The notes under the pieces were generated by a model. It saw only the letters and a list, made by a program, of their open reading frames with translations, was not told where the DNA came from and ran no database searches. A stretch of 64,000 nucleotides of DNA from Thecamonas trahens ATCC 50062. Lineage: Eukaryota > Protista > Apusomonadida. The position numbers were made by a program, and so were the translations under genes. The stretch spans positions 585,167 to 649,166 of the forward strand of contig NW_013657677.1 in NCBI RefSeq assembly GCF_000142905.1, read 5' to 3'. The number at the start of each line of letters is the position of its first letter. The first letter of the stretch is position 1. Positions 40,558-51,347 of this stretch are shown here, piece after piece.

Positions 40558-43500
40558 AGACTCGGACTCGTACTCGTACTCGTACTCGTACTCGAGCGGT
40601 GAGCTCGCGCGGCGGGCGCGGCGGGCCAAAGAAGACGCTCTTTTGGAGACACTGGGTCTTTCGGAAGAGGCGCTGCGGCGGTACGCGTCGGCGTTCCGCA
40701 AGCTAGACTCGACAAACGACCGGTACGTGACCGTCGATGCGGTCCGCGACTACGCGGTCGGGCATGGCTTTGCACACGACCCGGAGCATGTCCAGCGTGT
40801 CTTGCACCGGCTCCACACCAAGGTCGACGCAGCGTCTGACGATGGCAAGGTCTCGTTTGTGGAGTTCTGCCAGGTGTTTGAGGATGCGGCGCGCGCCAAG
40901 TTCCGTGTTCTCCACGAGGCCTTTAAGCTCCTCGACAGCGATGGCGACGGCGTGGTCTCGGAGAAGGATCTCATTTCGGTCCTCAGTTCGCTCGGCTATC
41001 GGGGCGCACCCAAGGCGACCATGGGCTCATTTGGCACCATCGACGCTGTGCGGCTCGCCATGAACAAGGGCATCACGTCAGACCGCGGGCTCTCGGTGCT
41101 CACGCCGGTCGAACGTGCCGAGCTCCTTGACTACCTTGAGGACCACTCGTCGCGGACAGCCATCGACTTTGCCGAGTGGCTCTCAGCGCTCGGTTACTCA
41201 GGCCAGGTCTTTGACGACGCGGAGCTCGAGCCGCTGCCAGAGCCGCAGCCGTCTGGAAGCGAGGGCGCGACCGGGGTGCTCACGCCGGCCGGCGAGCTCG
41301 ACGACCACTACGATGACGACCTCATGCGGCTGTATGAGCCGGCGACCGACTCTCCAGTCTCAGGCCACTTTCCAGACGCACCCGGGCGTGTTCGGGCCTC
41401 CACCGACGGTGTCGAGCTCGTAGTTGTCGCCTTTCAGCACCCGTCGTGGCCCAACGCGACGCTGCGTGCCCGGCTGAGCGACACCGTGTATGTGGTGCGG
41501 CGGCAGGTGGCCGAGGCCTTTGAGCTGGACGTCTCGCGGGTCCGGCTCTATGCGCCCAACGGGTTTCACATGAAGGACCCGGCGCGGACGCTCGCCTCCT
41601 TTGGCATGCGCTCGCGGCCGCCGTCCAAGCCTGATCCTGACCAGCCGCAACGGTGGCGGACGCTGACACTGCTGACCGGCGCGCCAACGAGCCCGCTGCC
41701 ACGGGCCGAGGCCTTTGAGGGCGGCGAGTTGAGCGCTCCGCGCATCGACCCCCTTCTCGACTGGTTCCTGCAGGGTGGGAAGCTCGAGGTTGCCGACGCA
41801 TTTGCGTTGCTTGAGCGCACACGCGCGCTGGCTGCGTCCGAGGCCAACGTTGTGACAGTCCACGAGCCGCTGGTTGTGGTCGGCGACTTGCACGGTCACC
41901 TGTACGACCTGCCGGCGCTTGTGGATGCATCCGGAAGTCCCCAGGCTGGCTCGCTGGACAGCTTGCTGCGCTCGGGCGTGTCGATGGTGTTCCTTGGCAA
42001 CTATGGGACGCATTCGACTACGTCGATCGAGACCACGCTGGTGTTGTTTGCAGCCAAGGTGCGATACCCGGAGCAGGTGACGCTCTTGCGCGGGGCGATG
42101 GAGTCTGGCGAGGCTGCGACCGCGCTTGGGGTCCGTGACGAAGTGCTTGCCAAGTACGGCGGGGCCAAGGGCGACGACGCAATGGTGTTTGACGCGCTGG
42201 TGGCGACGTACGAGGCCCTGCCGGTGGCGGCGGTTCTCGAGTCCGAGTCTGCGGGCGTGCGGCTGTTTGCGTGCCACGGCGGGCCGGCGTCGAGCCTGCC
42301 GAGCCTCGAGTCGGTTGAGAGTGTGAATCGTAGCGACGATCTGGGGACTGGGCGCTCGGTCATGACGTCGCGGCTGCGCGAGCTGCTGTGGAACGAGATG
42401 GCGAGCGAGGTGTGGACGGCGGAGCTCGCGGCGTCACGGCGGTCGTCGAGCCGGTCGGTGGCGTCGCTGACGCTGACGCACGCCTCGCCGTGGGTCCAGC
42501 GGCGGGCGCCGGCCAACGACACGGGCGGCATCGACATTTCGCAGCCGTCACTGATGTACAACCTCGCAAACCTCGGGCCGTGCACCAGCTACGAGATCTC
42601 CGGCGGTTTGCTGGAGAGCTACGGCAAGGACGCATTCCGACCGGCCACGCGATCGGCGGTGGCCAAAAAAGTCAGCCACCGTGCGGTCAACTACTTTCTG
42701 GCGACGAACTCGCTGCTCGGCATGGTGCGGTCGCACTACGTCCCGCGGCGGCGCGGGTACCAGCTCGGCAAGCCCGGGCCCTCGCGGGCGTTTCCGAGTG
42801 TCATCTCGCTGCACTCGGCGCCGAACCTCGACGACGCTTTTATGCAAGAGGGTGCGGTGCTGACGCTCCGCGCCGGCGTGCTCCAGCTCAAGCCATTCAC
42901 CTGGGCACCACATCCACTGACGTACGGACCCGAGAGCGCGCGGCGGGCTGGCGTGGCGGTCGGGGCGCGGCACTGGGCGCTGGAGGACTTTCAGCAGTTC
43001 CTCCTTGCCTCGTACCCGCGGGTGTACAAAGAGCAGCCGTTGTGGGTCGGGCTCGAGCGTTCGGACTGGGTCAGGACGTTCCTCGAGGGCTCGCTGGCGA
43101 TGAACGGGACGCTGATCGACATGGAGGCGCTGCAGCCACAGTCGTCAGCGTGGGAGTTCCTCCGAGCGCATGTAACCGACATCCTCCGCGCGTCACCGGA
43201 CCCGCGCGTTCGCGAGCTGTACAAGCGCCGGCGCGGCGACATCTCCGACTGGTACCGCGGGTACGACTTTTTTGCCGCCGCCCTCCACGAGCACGCCAAC
43301 CTCAACGTCGACACCGAGGCGCAGCGCGCGCGTGCCACCGGCGCACCCGACCACGAGCCTTACCTCCGTGAGCTGCTTGCTGCCGGCGCCCGTGGCATCA
43401 TTACCCAGGCACAGTACGTGGCGGCCAAGGCGGCAGCGGCTGAGGCGCGCAAGGCTGCCAAGTCTGAAGCCGGCAGGGCGGCCAAGGTGGCGCGTGCAGC

Positions 43501-43648
43501 GGCCAAGGCAGCGGCTAAGGCCGCAGCGGGCGCATCCTGCGGTGGCGGCGTCGGCGACGCGGTCGGCGATGGACCGGGCGCGGGCTCAAACTCGGATTCA
43601 GAGTACTACTACGACGACGACTACGACGACTTTGCGGCGCTCGACTAG
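39287..43648 (+). CDS. EF-hand + ubiquitin-like + calcineurin-A-like PPP (pseudo)phosphatase fusion protein
   Basis: EF loops DSDGDGVVSEKD and DAASDDGKVSFVE. Ubl-like segment LSDTVYVVRRQVAEAFEL...RTLASFGM. PPP motifs GDLHG, CHGG, LLW, RSH, FPSVISLHSAPN and PFTWAPHP. Confidence 0.82.
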
Positions 43649-43681
43649 CGCTAGCGATGTAAACGCAGTGTGCCGAGCTAT

Positions 43682-44629
43682 TCAGAGCTTGGACTCGGTC
43701 CGGGTGGAGAACCAATGGGCCATGGCGATGAGGAGGGCAATGACTGGCTTTGCGGTTGCGATGGCGTCCATCTTAGTGATGCGCGGATGAGGCGAGCCCT
43801 GGGATGGGAGAGTGTACATGAGCCAGGTCAGAAGCAGCTGTGCTGGCTTGTTGTGCGGGAAGAGCGGGTGTGTGGTGACGTGGAGGCGCGGCCAGTCGTC
43901 AAAGGCCTCGTCGAGGATGTGAAAGAGGTCGATGACCATGCGAAGCGAGATGCCCCAGAGCATAGGCCTGGCCTTGTCAAGAACATACCGCCCGCCTACC
44001 AGCGCGAGCACTTGTGCGCCGCACGTGTGGAGGTCGAGGCGGCCAAAGAGTGGGGCGTCGAGCCCGGCCTCGCGCCAGAGCGTCTCCGGCAGCAGGTTGT
44101 CGACAAATGCAAAGATGGAGAGCAGCGGGAGTGCAATGTGCGAGACGGCATCGACGTTGGTGAGTGCCGTGAGCGGAACAGAGAGGACGGCGCGGACCTC
44201 GGACGGCTCGAGGACCATGTCGTCGACAAGCCGGGCAGCGGGGAGGCCAGAGGCAAAGACCACAGGCTCGATGTCGAGGACGACAGGCGCAATGCGTCGT
44301 GAGTGAAAGACGTGGACTCGCGGGAGCGGTCCGAGACAAGCAAACGCCGCCGTGTTGCTCAGATCAAGCCCGATCTCCTCATACGTCTCGCGGATGGCGG
44401 TGGCGGTCGGCCCGGCGTCATCGACAGACGTCCGTCCTCCGGGAAACGCCACATGGCCCGACCACGCATCGTCAGGATTGTCGGCGCGGACGATGAAGAG
44501 TAGATCTACCGACGCGTTGCTAGCAGCGGGAGGGCAGAGAATAAGCGCGACAGCTGCAGTCGGAGCCGAGCTGGGGTTAGCGACGGAAGCGGCGTTGAGC
44601 GCTGCGGCGAGGTCGGCAAGAGGCCGCAT
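43682..44629 (-). CDS. Peroxisomal CoA-pyrophosphatase-type Nudix hydrolase (NUDT7/NUDT8/Pcd1 family)
   Basis: CoA-Nudix motif LLFIVRA...WSGHVAFPGG, Nudix box TAIRETYEEIGL and C-terminal PTS1 SKL. Confidence 0.88.
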   Translation of the reverse strand: MRPLADLAAALNAASVANPSSAPTAAVALILCPPAASNASVDLLFIVRADNPDDAWSGHVAFPGGRTSVDDAGPTATAIRETYEEIGLDLSNTAAFACLGPLPRVHVFHSRRIAPVVLDIEPVVFASGLPAARLVDDMVLEPSEVRAVLSVPLTALTNVDAVSHIALPLLSIFAFVDNLLPETLWREAGLDAPLFGRLDLHTCGAQVLALVGGRYVLDKARPMLWGISLRMVIDLFHILDEAFDDWPRLHVTTHPLFPHNKPAQLLLTWLMYTLPSQGSPHPRITKMDAIATAKPVIALLIAMAHWFSTRTESKL

Positions 44630-44740
44630 GGCGAGACGAGTGTGCGCGAGGACGACAGGAGGGGCAACGGCGTGTTACTTTGCTCGAGCGGGAGCACGGG
44701 GAGGAGTGGCAGCAGTAGTAGTAGCAGAAGCGGCAGTAGC

Positions 44741-45935
44741 CTACGATTGTTCTGCGGCGGCCATGCGCTCGAGGCGGCCCTCGAGGATTTTGAGAGCAGT
44801 CTGGCGGCGGCGCTCGGCAGTTACGACGTCGGAGGACGCACCGGGATCTGTGGCGGCAGGGACCAAGGGCGGCGAGATGTGGCTCGAGGTGCCGTTCGCG
44901 GTGGCGTGGCCGGGAAGGGACGGAGCTGAGCCATGGGCGTGGGGCGCGAGGTGGAAGAGCGAGCCGGCCGGGTCTGTGGCAGCCTGGTACTCGCCGGTGG
45001 AGTCGACCATGGAGGCGCGCGGGGTGCAGACGGAGCAAGCGACGAGGGCGCGGAAGAGGATGGCGCCAACAGCCGAGAGCGCAGGCTGCATAGCGTCGGG
45101 GAAGAACGAGGCAAAGGCAAACGAGTCGGAAAAGTCGCCGCGGACGCCGTTGTCGTGCTTTTGGTAGAAGCGGAGGTAGGTCCATGCGACAACGACGCCT
45201 GCGGCGCCCTCGACAAGGGTCAGCATCGAGTGCGAGAAGAAGGCGGCGTCGAGGATCTTGAAGACCAGAAAGGCGGCCGGGAGGTGACGAGCGCGAAGGC
45301 CGGACCCGACGACGACGGCGGGAGAAACGAGGCAAAAATGGGAATGGGCCGCTCGGGGAGTATCTGCTTGAGGACGACAGCGAGGGCGCCGGTGCCTGCG
45401 GTAAAGCCGCCGAGGAGGGCAAAGAGCATGGACTCGTTGCCGACGACGGCGTAGGCAAAGACGACAAAGAAAAGGTGACGACGTTGGCGAGCGAGGGGAT
45501 GATGACGACAAAGCGGATGAACTCTGTGCGGCCCCAGAGCTTCTCGGCGACGCCGCCCATCACAAGCATGGCGGTAGCGTCGACGATGGCTCCCACAAGC
45601 GAGTGCTCAATCCACGGCGCCGTCACGAGGTTCCAAACATAAAGATGCGGCGGAATGGTTCTGCCCGGAATGAGCGCCAGCCAGGTAGCGCCGCCCGAGA
45701 GGAGCGAGATCAAGTACGAGAGGAGGAGCCAGCCAGCCAAGCCCCTTGCCGTCTGCGGCGCACCATCGACCGCTTCACGCACCAATTCCACCAGCGGGCG
45801 CGGCGTAGCAGCTGCCGTTGTGGATGCCTACGGGCGTGGTGTGTGCGGGTGGGGGTTTTGTGAGTACAATATTTTGCAGCGGGTAGGGGGGTAGGGGGGG
45901 AGGAGGGGGGCAGGTCAAGGTCGACATACCAGCAT
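44741..45935 (-). CDS. TMEM115: TMEM115 (DUF1751, rhomboid-like Golgi protein); exon 1 45935-45930, intron 45929-45828; two apparent frameshifts (~45472, ~45322)
   Basis: LIPGRTIPPHLYVWNLVT, EKLWG, WTYLRFYQKH...RGDFSDSFAFASFFP and AERRRQTALKILEGRL match TMEM115 motifs. Confidence 0.87.
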
Positions 45936-47069
45936 AGTGGGGGGGGGGGACCTGGTACACCGACAGTGGTGGTACAGGTGTGTGTGCACGTGTGTGCGTG
46001 TGTGTGTGCGTGCGTGTGTGGGGGTGTGGAGGGTGTGGAGGGTGTGGGTGGAGTGGTGCTGGCTAGTGGTGGTGGTGGTCGCGGACGGTGGGTGGGTGGG
46101 GAGGGTGGTGAGGTGGCGGCGATGGCGGCGATGGCGGCGTGGTGGGGCTACCGGCGAGGACAGGGGCGGATGGGGGCTTGGGTGTGGCAGATCAAGGGGT
46201 TCAAGGCGTTGCATCGGTGGATGGAGGGTGAGGAAGGGATCAAAGGCTGCGGCAAGGTCAGAGTGGATGGGGCGGAGAGCGGCGATGGCGGCAGCGAGGG
46301 CAGTATGGGGAGGAGATGGAATTGGGAAGGTGCTGGGGATGGCGGTGGTGAGGCGGCGTTCTGCGGCGTCGGTGAGCGGGACAAAGTGGCGGACGGCGAC
46401 GGCGCGGCCGGAGGAGGAGACGGCAGCAGACCAGAACCAGGCGATGTCGTCACCGATCTCTGGCGCAGCAGCAGCGTCGTCGAGCGCGAGCATGGCGTTC
46501 TCGGGCGAGAAGCAGGTGTCGTGAATGACGACCGATCGTTCCTCCAGAGCGCCAAAGGCGATGCCGGCGTCGAGCAGATCCAGATGGGCAGGGAGGACAA
46601 GGTGGGGATGAAATACTCCCATAGCAAGCGGGATGGTGAAGAGGATCTCAGGCGTGATGGCCGCAATGGGCTCAGCAGGAGCCCACAAGTGGTACATCAT
46701 GTTGATCTCGGCCGTGGACGAGCAGACAAACTTCTGGCACTCTTGGCGGATAGGCGAGGCATGCAGAATGACGGCCACATCAAGTGCTCCACACAGCTCG
46801 ATGTCCTTGCTCTCCGCGTATCTCTCCATGGCCTCGATGACATCGTCCGGTACGCCCAGATCAAGCAGCCCATCTCTCGGGGCGTCAGAGACAGCGGCGG
46901 CAAGGACAGGCATGCATGGCAGGTACGCAGCACCGTAGACAGCCAACAGCGGGATACGCGGCAGAATGTAGTCTGGCGGATGAACAACCGTCGCGTCGAG
47001 CTCGTAGAACGTCTTGGACCCGCCAGGTAGCCCCGTGCCGAACGATACACTCCGGCGCGTCGAAGCCAT
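45915..47069 (-). CDS. Hypothetical protein; the last ~80 codons are low-complexity and may not be coding
   Basis: 384-aa ORF with a globular-looking first ~300 aa and no recognised motif. Confidence 0.5.
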   Translation of the reverse strand: MASTRRSVSFGTGLPGGSKTFYELDATVVHPPDYILPRIPLLAVYGAAYLPCMPVLAAAVSDAPRDGLLDLGVPDDVIEAMERYAESKDIELCGALDVAVILHASPIRQECQKFVCSSTAEINMMYHLWAPAEPIAAITPEILFTIPLAMGVFHPHLVLPAHLDLLDAGIAFGALEERSVVIHDTCFSPENAMLALDDAAAAPEIGDDIAWFWSAAVSSSGRAVAVRHFVPLTDAAERRLTTAIPSTFPIPSPPHTALAAAIAALRPIHSDLAAAFDPFLTLHPPMQRLEPLDLPHPSPHPPLSSPVAPPRRHRRHRRHLTTLPTHPPSATTTTTSQHHSTHTLHTLHTPTHARTHTRTHVHTHLYHHCRCTRSPPPTMLVCRP

Positions 47070-47492
47070 GTGGCGTGCTCACGGTGAGGTGTTGCTCCAG
47101 CCTGCCAACCGACGAGCCGGAGCATTGGCTGGGGGAGAGCGAGCGATCGAGCGGGAGAGAGAGAGAGAGAGAGAGAGGGTGATACTCAAAATAGCGGTGG
47201 GTGCGAAGCGTGGGACAGTCATGGCTGCCGCTCCTGGCTTTGATCTATTTCGCTTGCGATGTGTATGGGGAGAGTGTTTGAGATGGTGACGACACCGAGA
47301 CGATCGCGACTGGAGGCGGCTGCCAGAGTTTGGCTGTCGGCAGGAGGTGGGGAGCAGACAGCGGATGACAGTTGATTGATGGAGGAGGATACGGCCTGGC
47401 AGCCGGCGGATGGCGGATGGGGGAGCAGCATCGGCTTCGGCTTGGGCAAGAGAGCCGCGAGTCACCCACTTTTCTCGCGCTTGCAGTTGGCG

Positions 47493-49720
47493 ATGAGCGC
47501 TGCGGCCTTTGGAGCGTTTACCGCGGCATCTGTTGCTGGACTTGCAGCCAAAGTTGCTGTGGACATCCGGCGGTGGTCTCTCCACCAAGGTGGCCAGTGT
47601 GGAAACGCGGCGAGCCGTGCAGCAGCTGTATGGGATGCTCCAAGAGGTGGCTCTGTCCCTCGAGGCAACGGTGCCCTCTTTGACCGTCGCCATGCCCCCG
47701 TTCCCCAGCTTCTCTTCCTCGGCCAAGCCGGCTACATCTACTCGTTCGAGAACACTCGTGTGCTCATTGACCCCTGGTACGTCTTCCCCTCTTCTCCTCC
47801 CCCCCCCCTCCCCCCTCCTCACACCCCGTGTCGCCGTTCCCGTCCCTCGGCTCCGTGCCTGGGTGAGCGGCTTGAGTGACGCGCGGGCCTTTGGCGTTGG
47901 CTACGTCATTTTTGGGTTGGGCAGTTTGGGCTGATATTGCCCTCCCGCGGTCATGGTAGCTGTCTCCTCTGATACGGGCACGCGCCGCGGGGGGGGGCGG
48001 NNNNNNNNNNNNNNNNNNNNNNNNNNNNNNNNNNNNNNNNNNNNNNNNNNNNNNNNNNNNNNNNNNNNNNNNNNNNNNNNNNNNNNNNNNNNNNNNNNNN
48101 GGGGGGGTTTGACCCGGGAACGGTGAGCTTTAGTATCATGAGGAAGGGGGGTAGCATCATGAGGAAGGGAGGTAAGATGCGGCGGGCGATTTGCAGCAGC
48201 TCACACGGTTACATGCTGTTACATGCTATGCTGTTGCGCAGGTTCTTCCAGGCGTTCACCTCTTGGTTCCCCTCGCCAAACAACCGATTCCTCCTCGACA
48301 CGGTGATCGAGTCTGACTTTGACTTTCTGTTCATCTCGCATCTCCACGAGGATCACTTTGATCGGACGGTCCTGCCCAAGCTCGACAAGAGCATCACCAT
48401 TGTACTCCCGGCGTACCGGTCCGGCGGCCTTGAGGAGGAGCTTCGCGAGCTCGGCTTCAGCTCGTTCATCAAGCTTGGCCACGGCGAGTCGGCCGAGCTG
48501 GCGCCGCGGCTGACGGCGACGGTCTACCTGGACGTCTCACACAAGGAGGACTCGGCGATTTTCCTGCAGGCGCTCTGCGGCGACGGCACACCGGCGACCT
48601 TTTTGCACCTCAACGACTGCAACACCCGGCTCTCGGAGCTCCCGACGAACGTCGACGTGCTCTCGGTCCAGTTTTCGGGCGCAATGTGGTACCCCAACTG
48701 CTACGCGTACTCGCCCGAGGTCGAGGCCGAGAAGACGCAGCAGATCCGGACCATGCTCTACGATCTTCTGGTGATGAAGGCCGAGGCGACCCAGGCCAAG
48801 GTCTTGCTCCCGGCGGCGGGACCGCCGGTCTTCCTCGACCCAGCGCTCGAGAGCTACAACAACGGCGAGACGACAATCTTTTCCCGTGGTCGGCCATTGC
48901 TCACGAGTTTGCCGAGGCCATGCCTGATGTTGTCGTCCACCACCTCACGCCCGGCGACGGCCTCGCCTTTCCCGACGCCCGCCTCGCCTTTGACGGCACC
49001 CGCGACGAGTGGAGCATGGCCGAGTACCGCGAGGCGCGCGCGCTCGAGATCGCACAGCCCGGCGGCATCGCCGTCGATCCGGCGGCCGACGTCAGCGTCG
49101 ACCTGGACATGCTGCAGGCCTACTTTGCCGGCCTGCACAAGACCAACAAGCACCTCGTCACCCTTTCATCGTTCCGCAAGGTGTGGCGGTTGATTGCCGA
49201 GCCGGCGCGCGGTGAGCCGACGGCCTACGTCGTGGCCTGGAACGCAGGCATCAAGCCCACCGTCGTGACCCAGGCGGAGTGGCAGGCGTCCGACAACGAT
49301 CGTCCTGTCGAGTATTCGCTCTGGGTGCCCGAGTGGCTCCTTCGCGCCATTGTGGCGCCGCTTCCGGGCTCGATCCCGCTCGGGTGGGAGGAGGCGCTGC
49401 TGTCGAACCGCATTCGTCTTGCCCGCGACCCGGACGTCTTTGACCTCTACTTTATGTCGTACCTCCGCTACGGCAACCGGCCGATCCAAACCGAGGCACT
49501 CGTGGAGGAGCGCAAGGTCTCTGAGATGATCACGCATCCAGCGCTGCCCAACGTCAAGTTCCAGCGCTACTGCCCGCACGCCGGCGAGGACCTCACCACC
49601 GCCGTCGTCTGCAACGGCCTCATCAAGTGCCCGCGCCACGGGTGGACCTTTGACGCCAATACCGGCGAGTGCGTCACCGGCGGCAACATCAAGCTTAAGG
49701 TCGAGCATCTCGAGTGGTAA
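47493..49720 (+). CDS. NamH/Rv3818-like metallo-beta-lactamase-fold hydroxylase with C-terminal Rieske [2Fe-2S] domain (CMAH-related); intron 47777-48241 spans an N gap; frameshift ~48880
   Basis: Motifs FLGQAG...VLIDPW|FFQAFTSWFP, FISHLHEDHFD, DS...LND, QFSGAMWYP, PAAGPPVFL and Rieske CPHAGEDL...CPRHGWTF. Motif order and content match mycobacterial NamH as recalled. Confidence 0.85.
48001..48100. other. Assembly gap (100 N)
   Basis: Run of N flanked by G homopolymers. Confidence 1.
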
Positions 49721-49725
49721 AGCAA

Positions 49726-50901
49726 CTACGGCAATGGGCGCGGGTCGGCGGCAGAGAAGCGGCGGTGGCCACGGCTTGCTCCGTGCTCGGCGTACCACTC
49801 CTGCATGAGCTCGGCAAGAAGCTTGCTATCGCTGGATCCCGGTGGCAGGCTCGTCTCCCCGAGCAGGACCGCATCGCGAGTGGCCTCGACCAGCTCCTCA
49901 GTCCGCGCCACCTCGAGCGAGGCGCGGAGGACAAGCTGCGCAGCGCGGGTGGCGCGGAGCGCGGGGCGCGCCTGCTCACTGTGGGCCGCCCGCGGCACAT
50001 CCTCTAGCTCGACGCGGGTGCTTGGTGGCGGCGCGTGGGTGAGGAATGGGTGGCTGAGCGCGTCGCGCGGCGAGAGGCGACTGGCCGGGTCGGCGACCAG
50101 CGTCTGCTCCACAAACTGGATTGCATGATCGCGCATGGAGAGGTCGGTCTCTTTGGCTTCCTGCCTCGGCAGCGGCTCGTAGTCGGCGTTGAGAATAGAC
50201 TCGTACAGGTCCTCGTAGTTGGAGATGGCAAACGGATACGAGCCGGTGATGAGCAGGTAGACGAGGACGCCGACCGACCAGACATCCGCCGCTGGGCCGA
50301 CCTCGTCGCCGCGGAGGACCTCGGGCGCAACAGTGAGCGGGTACCCAGTCCAGGCCTCGATGTTAGCGGGCTGTGTTCGAACGAGCGGGAGCAGGGCACC
50401 GACAAGGACCACAGTGGGCACCGCGAGATCGCCACGCCGCCCCAGCGGCGGTACACGCAGGTCGTCGAGCATGAGGCCGCCAACCACAGCCCCCAACTCG
50501 TGCAAGTGCATCAGCGCACTCAGCACTTGCCGCATCACGCCAGCCGCCATTTCATCGACAGCCACGCCTGCCGGATCCCGTCCGCGGATGACATCAACCA
50601 GAGCCATGTGGGTATCCAGCGGCTCGACAACAACATATAGAGCGCGATCTGTGCTGTGATAGTCCAGTACGCGAGGCATGCCCACAAACGGAGAGCTCAC
50701 AAGGCTCTGCGCAGCACAAAGTGCTTCCAATCGATCAGTCACATATCGCTCTCGTCCCATGGCATGAGCCAGTGTGAGTATGGTGGCGGGCGAGCTGTCG
50801 GCCCTTCGCTCTGCCCTCCGCTCGGTCCATTCGCTCCCGCCACCGCACAGCTGTCCGATGCGATACACCCCAGGCACATAGCTATCTTCGTTGTTGTCCA
50901 T
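49726..50901 (-). CDS. CAMK-like protein kinase fold, probable pseudokinase
   Basis: C-lobe motifs TVAPEVL, ADVWSVGV, LITGSYPF and RLSPRDALSHPF are retained. The VAIK lysine, HRD and DFG are not recognisable. The start is uncertain (ORF extends to 51135). Confidence 0.75.
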   Translation of the reverse strand: MDNNEDSYVPGVYRIGQLCGGGSEWTERRAERRADSSPATILTLAHAMGRERYVTDRLEALCAAQSLVSSPFVGMPRVLDYHSTDRALYVVVEPLDTHMALVDVIRGRDPAGVAVDEMAAGVMRQVLSALMHLHELGAVVGGLMLDDLRVPPLGRRGDLAVPTVVLVGALLPLVRTQPANIEAWTGYPLTVAPEVLRGDEVGPAADVWSVGVLVYLLITGSYPFAISNYEDLYESILNADYEPLPRQEAKETDLSMRDHAIQFVEQTLVADPASRLSPRDALSHPFLTHAPPPSTRVELEDVPRAAHSEQARPALRATRAAQLVLRASLEVARTEELVEATRDAVLLGETSLPPGSSDSKLLAELMQEWYAEHGASRGHRRFSAADPRPLP

Positions 50902-51347
50902 GTCGGCCGATGAGCCTCTGTCTTTGGACTGGCTTGCCGTGCCTGCGGGGTGTAGCGAGTTGAGTGGTGCGGCATACCCCCTCCCTTCTCCCAACTGACC
51001 ATCACTACGGCGCCGCCCATCACACGGCGCACCCCTCAGGGCCTGCCGAGTTTGACATGGATCCATGCTTCCGATCCCCGACTTGGATGTGTAGCCGTCC
51101 ATTATGATGAATCTGGCGCCTACATGTGATTGCATGCGTCTGTCGCTGCCGCAGCCAGCGCAGCCACTGCCGCCGCACCGTCCGCTAACGGATCTCCCCT
51201 CAAACGACTCGACTCAACGGACTCGACAAGGGCACCCACTCTACGACACTCGACGCCACCTCCCACCCCCGCTATCCACCCACCCACCCACACACACACA
51301 CATTCGCATTCACATCTAACTTGTTCTTGGGACAGAGTTTGTGGATC

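Noticed and set aside
30640-44629. CoA-metabolism cluster (panC plus CoA Nudix)
   Set aside because: The genes are 12 kb apart with unrelated genes between them, so there is no evidence of clustering.
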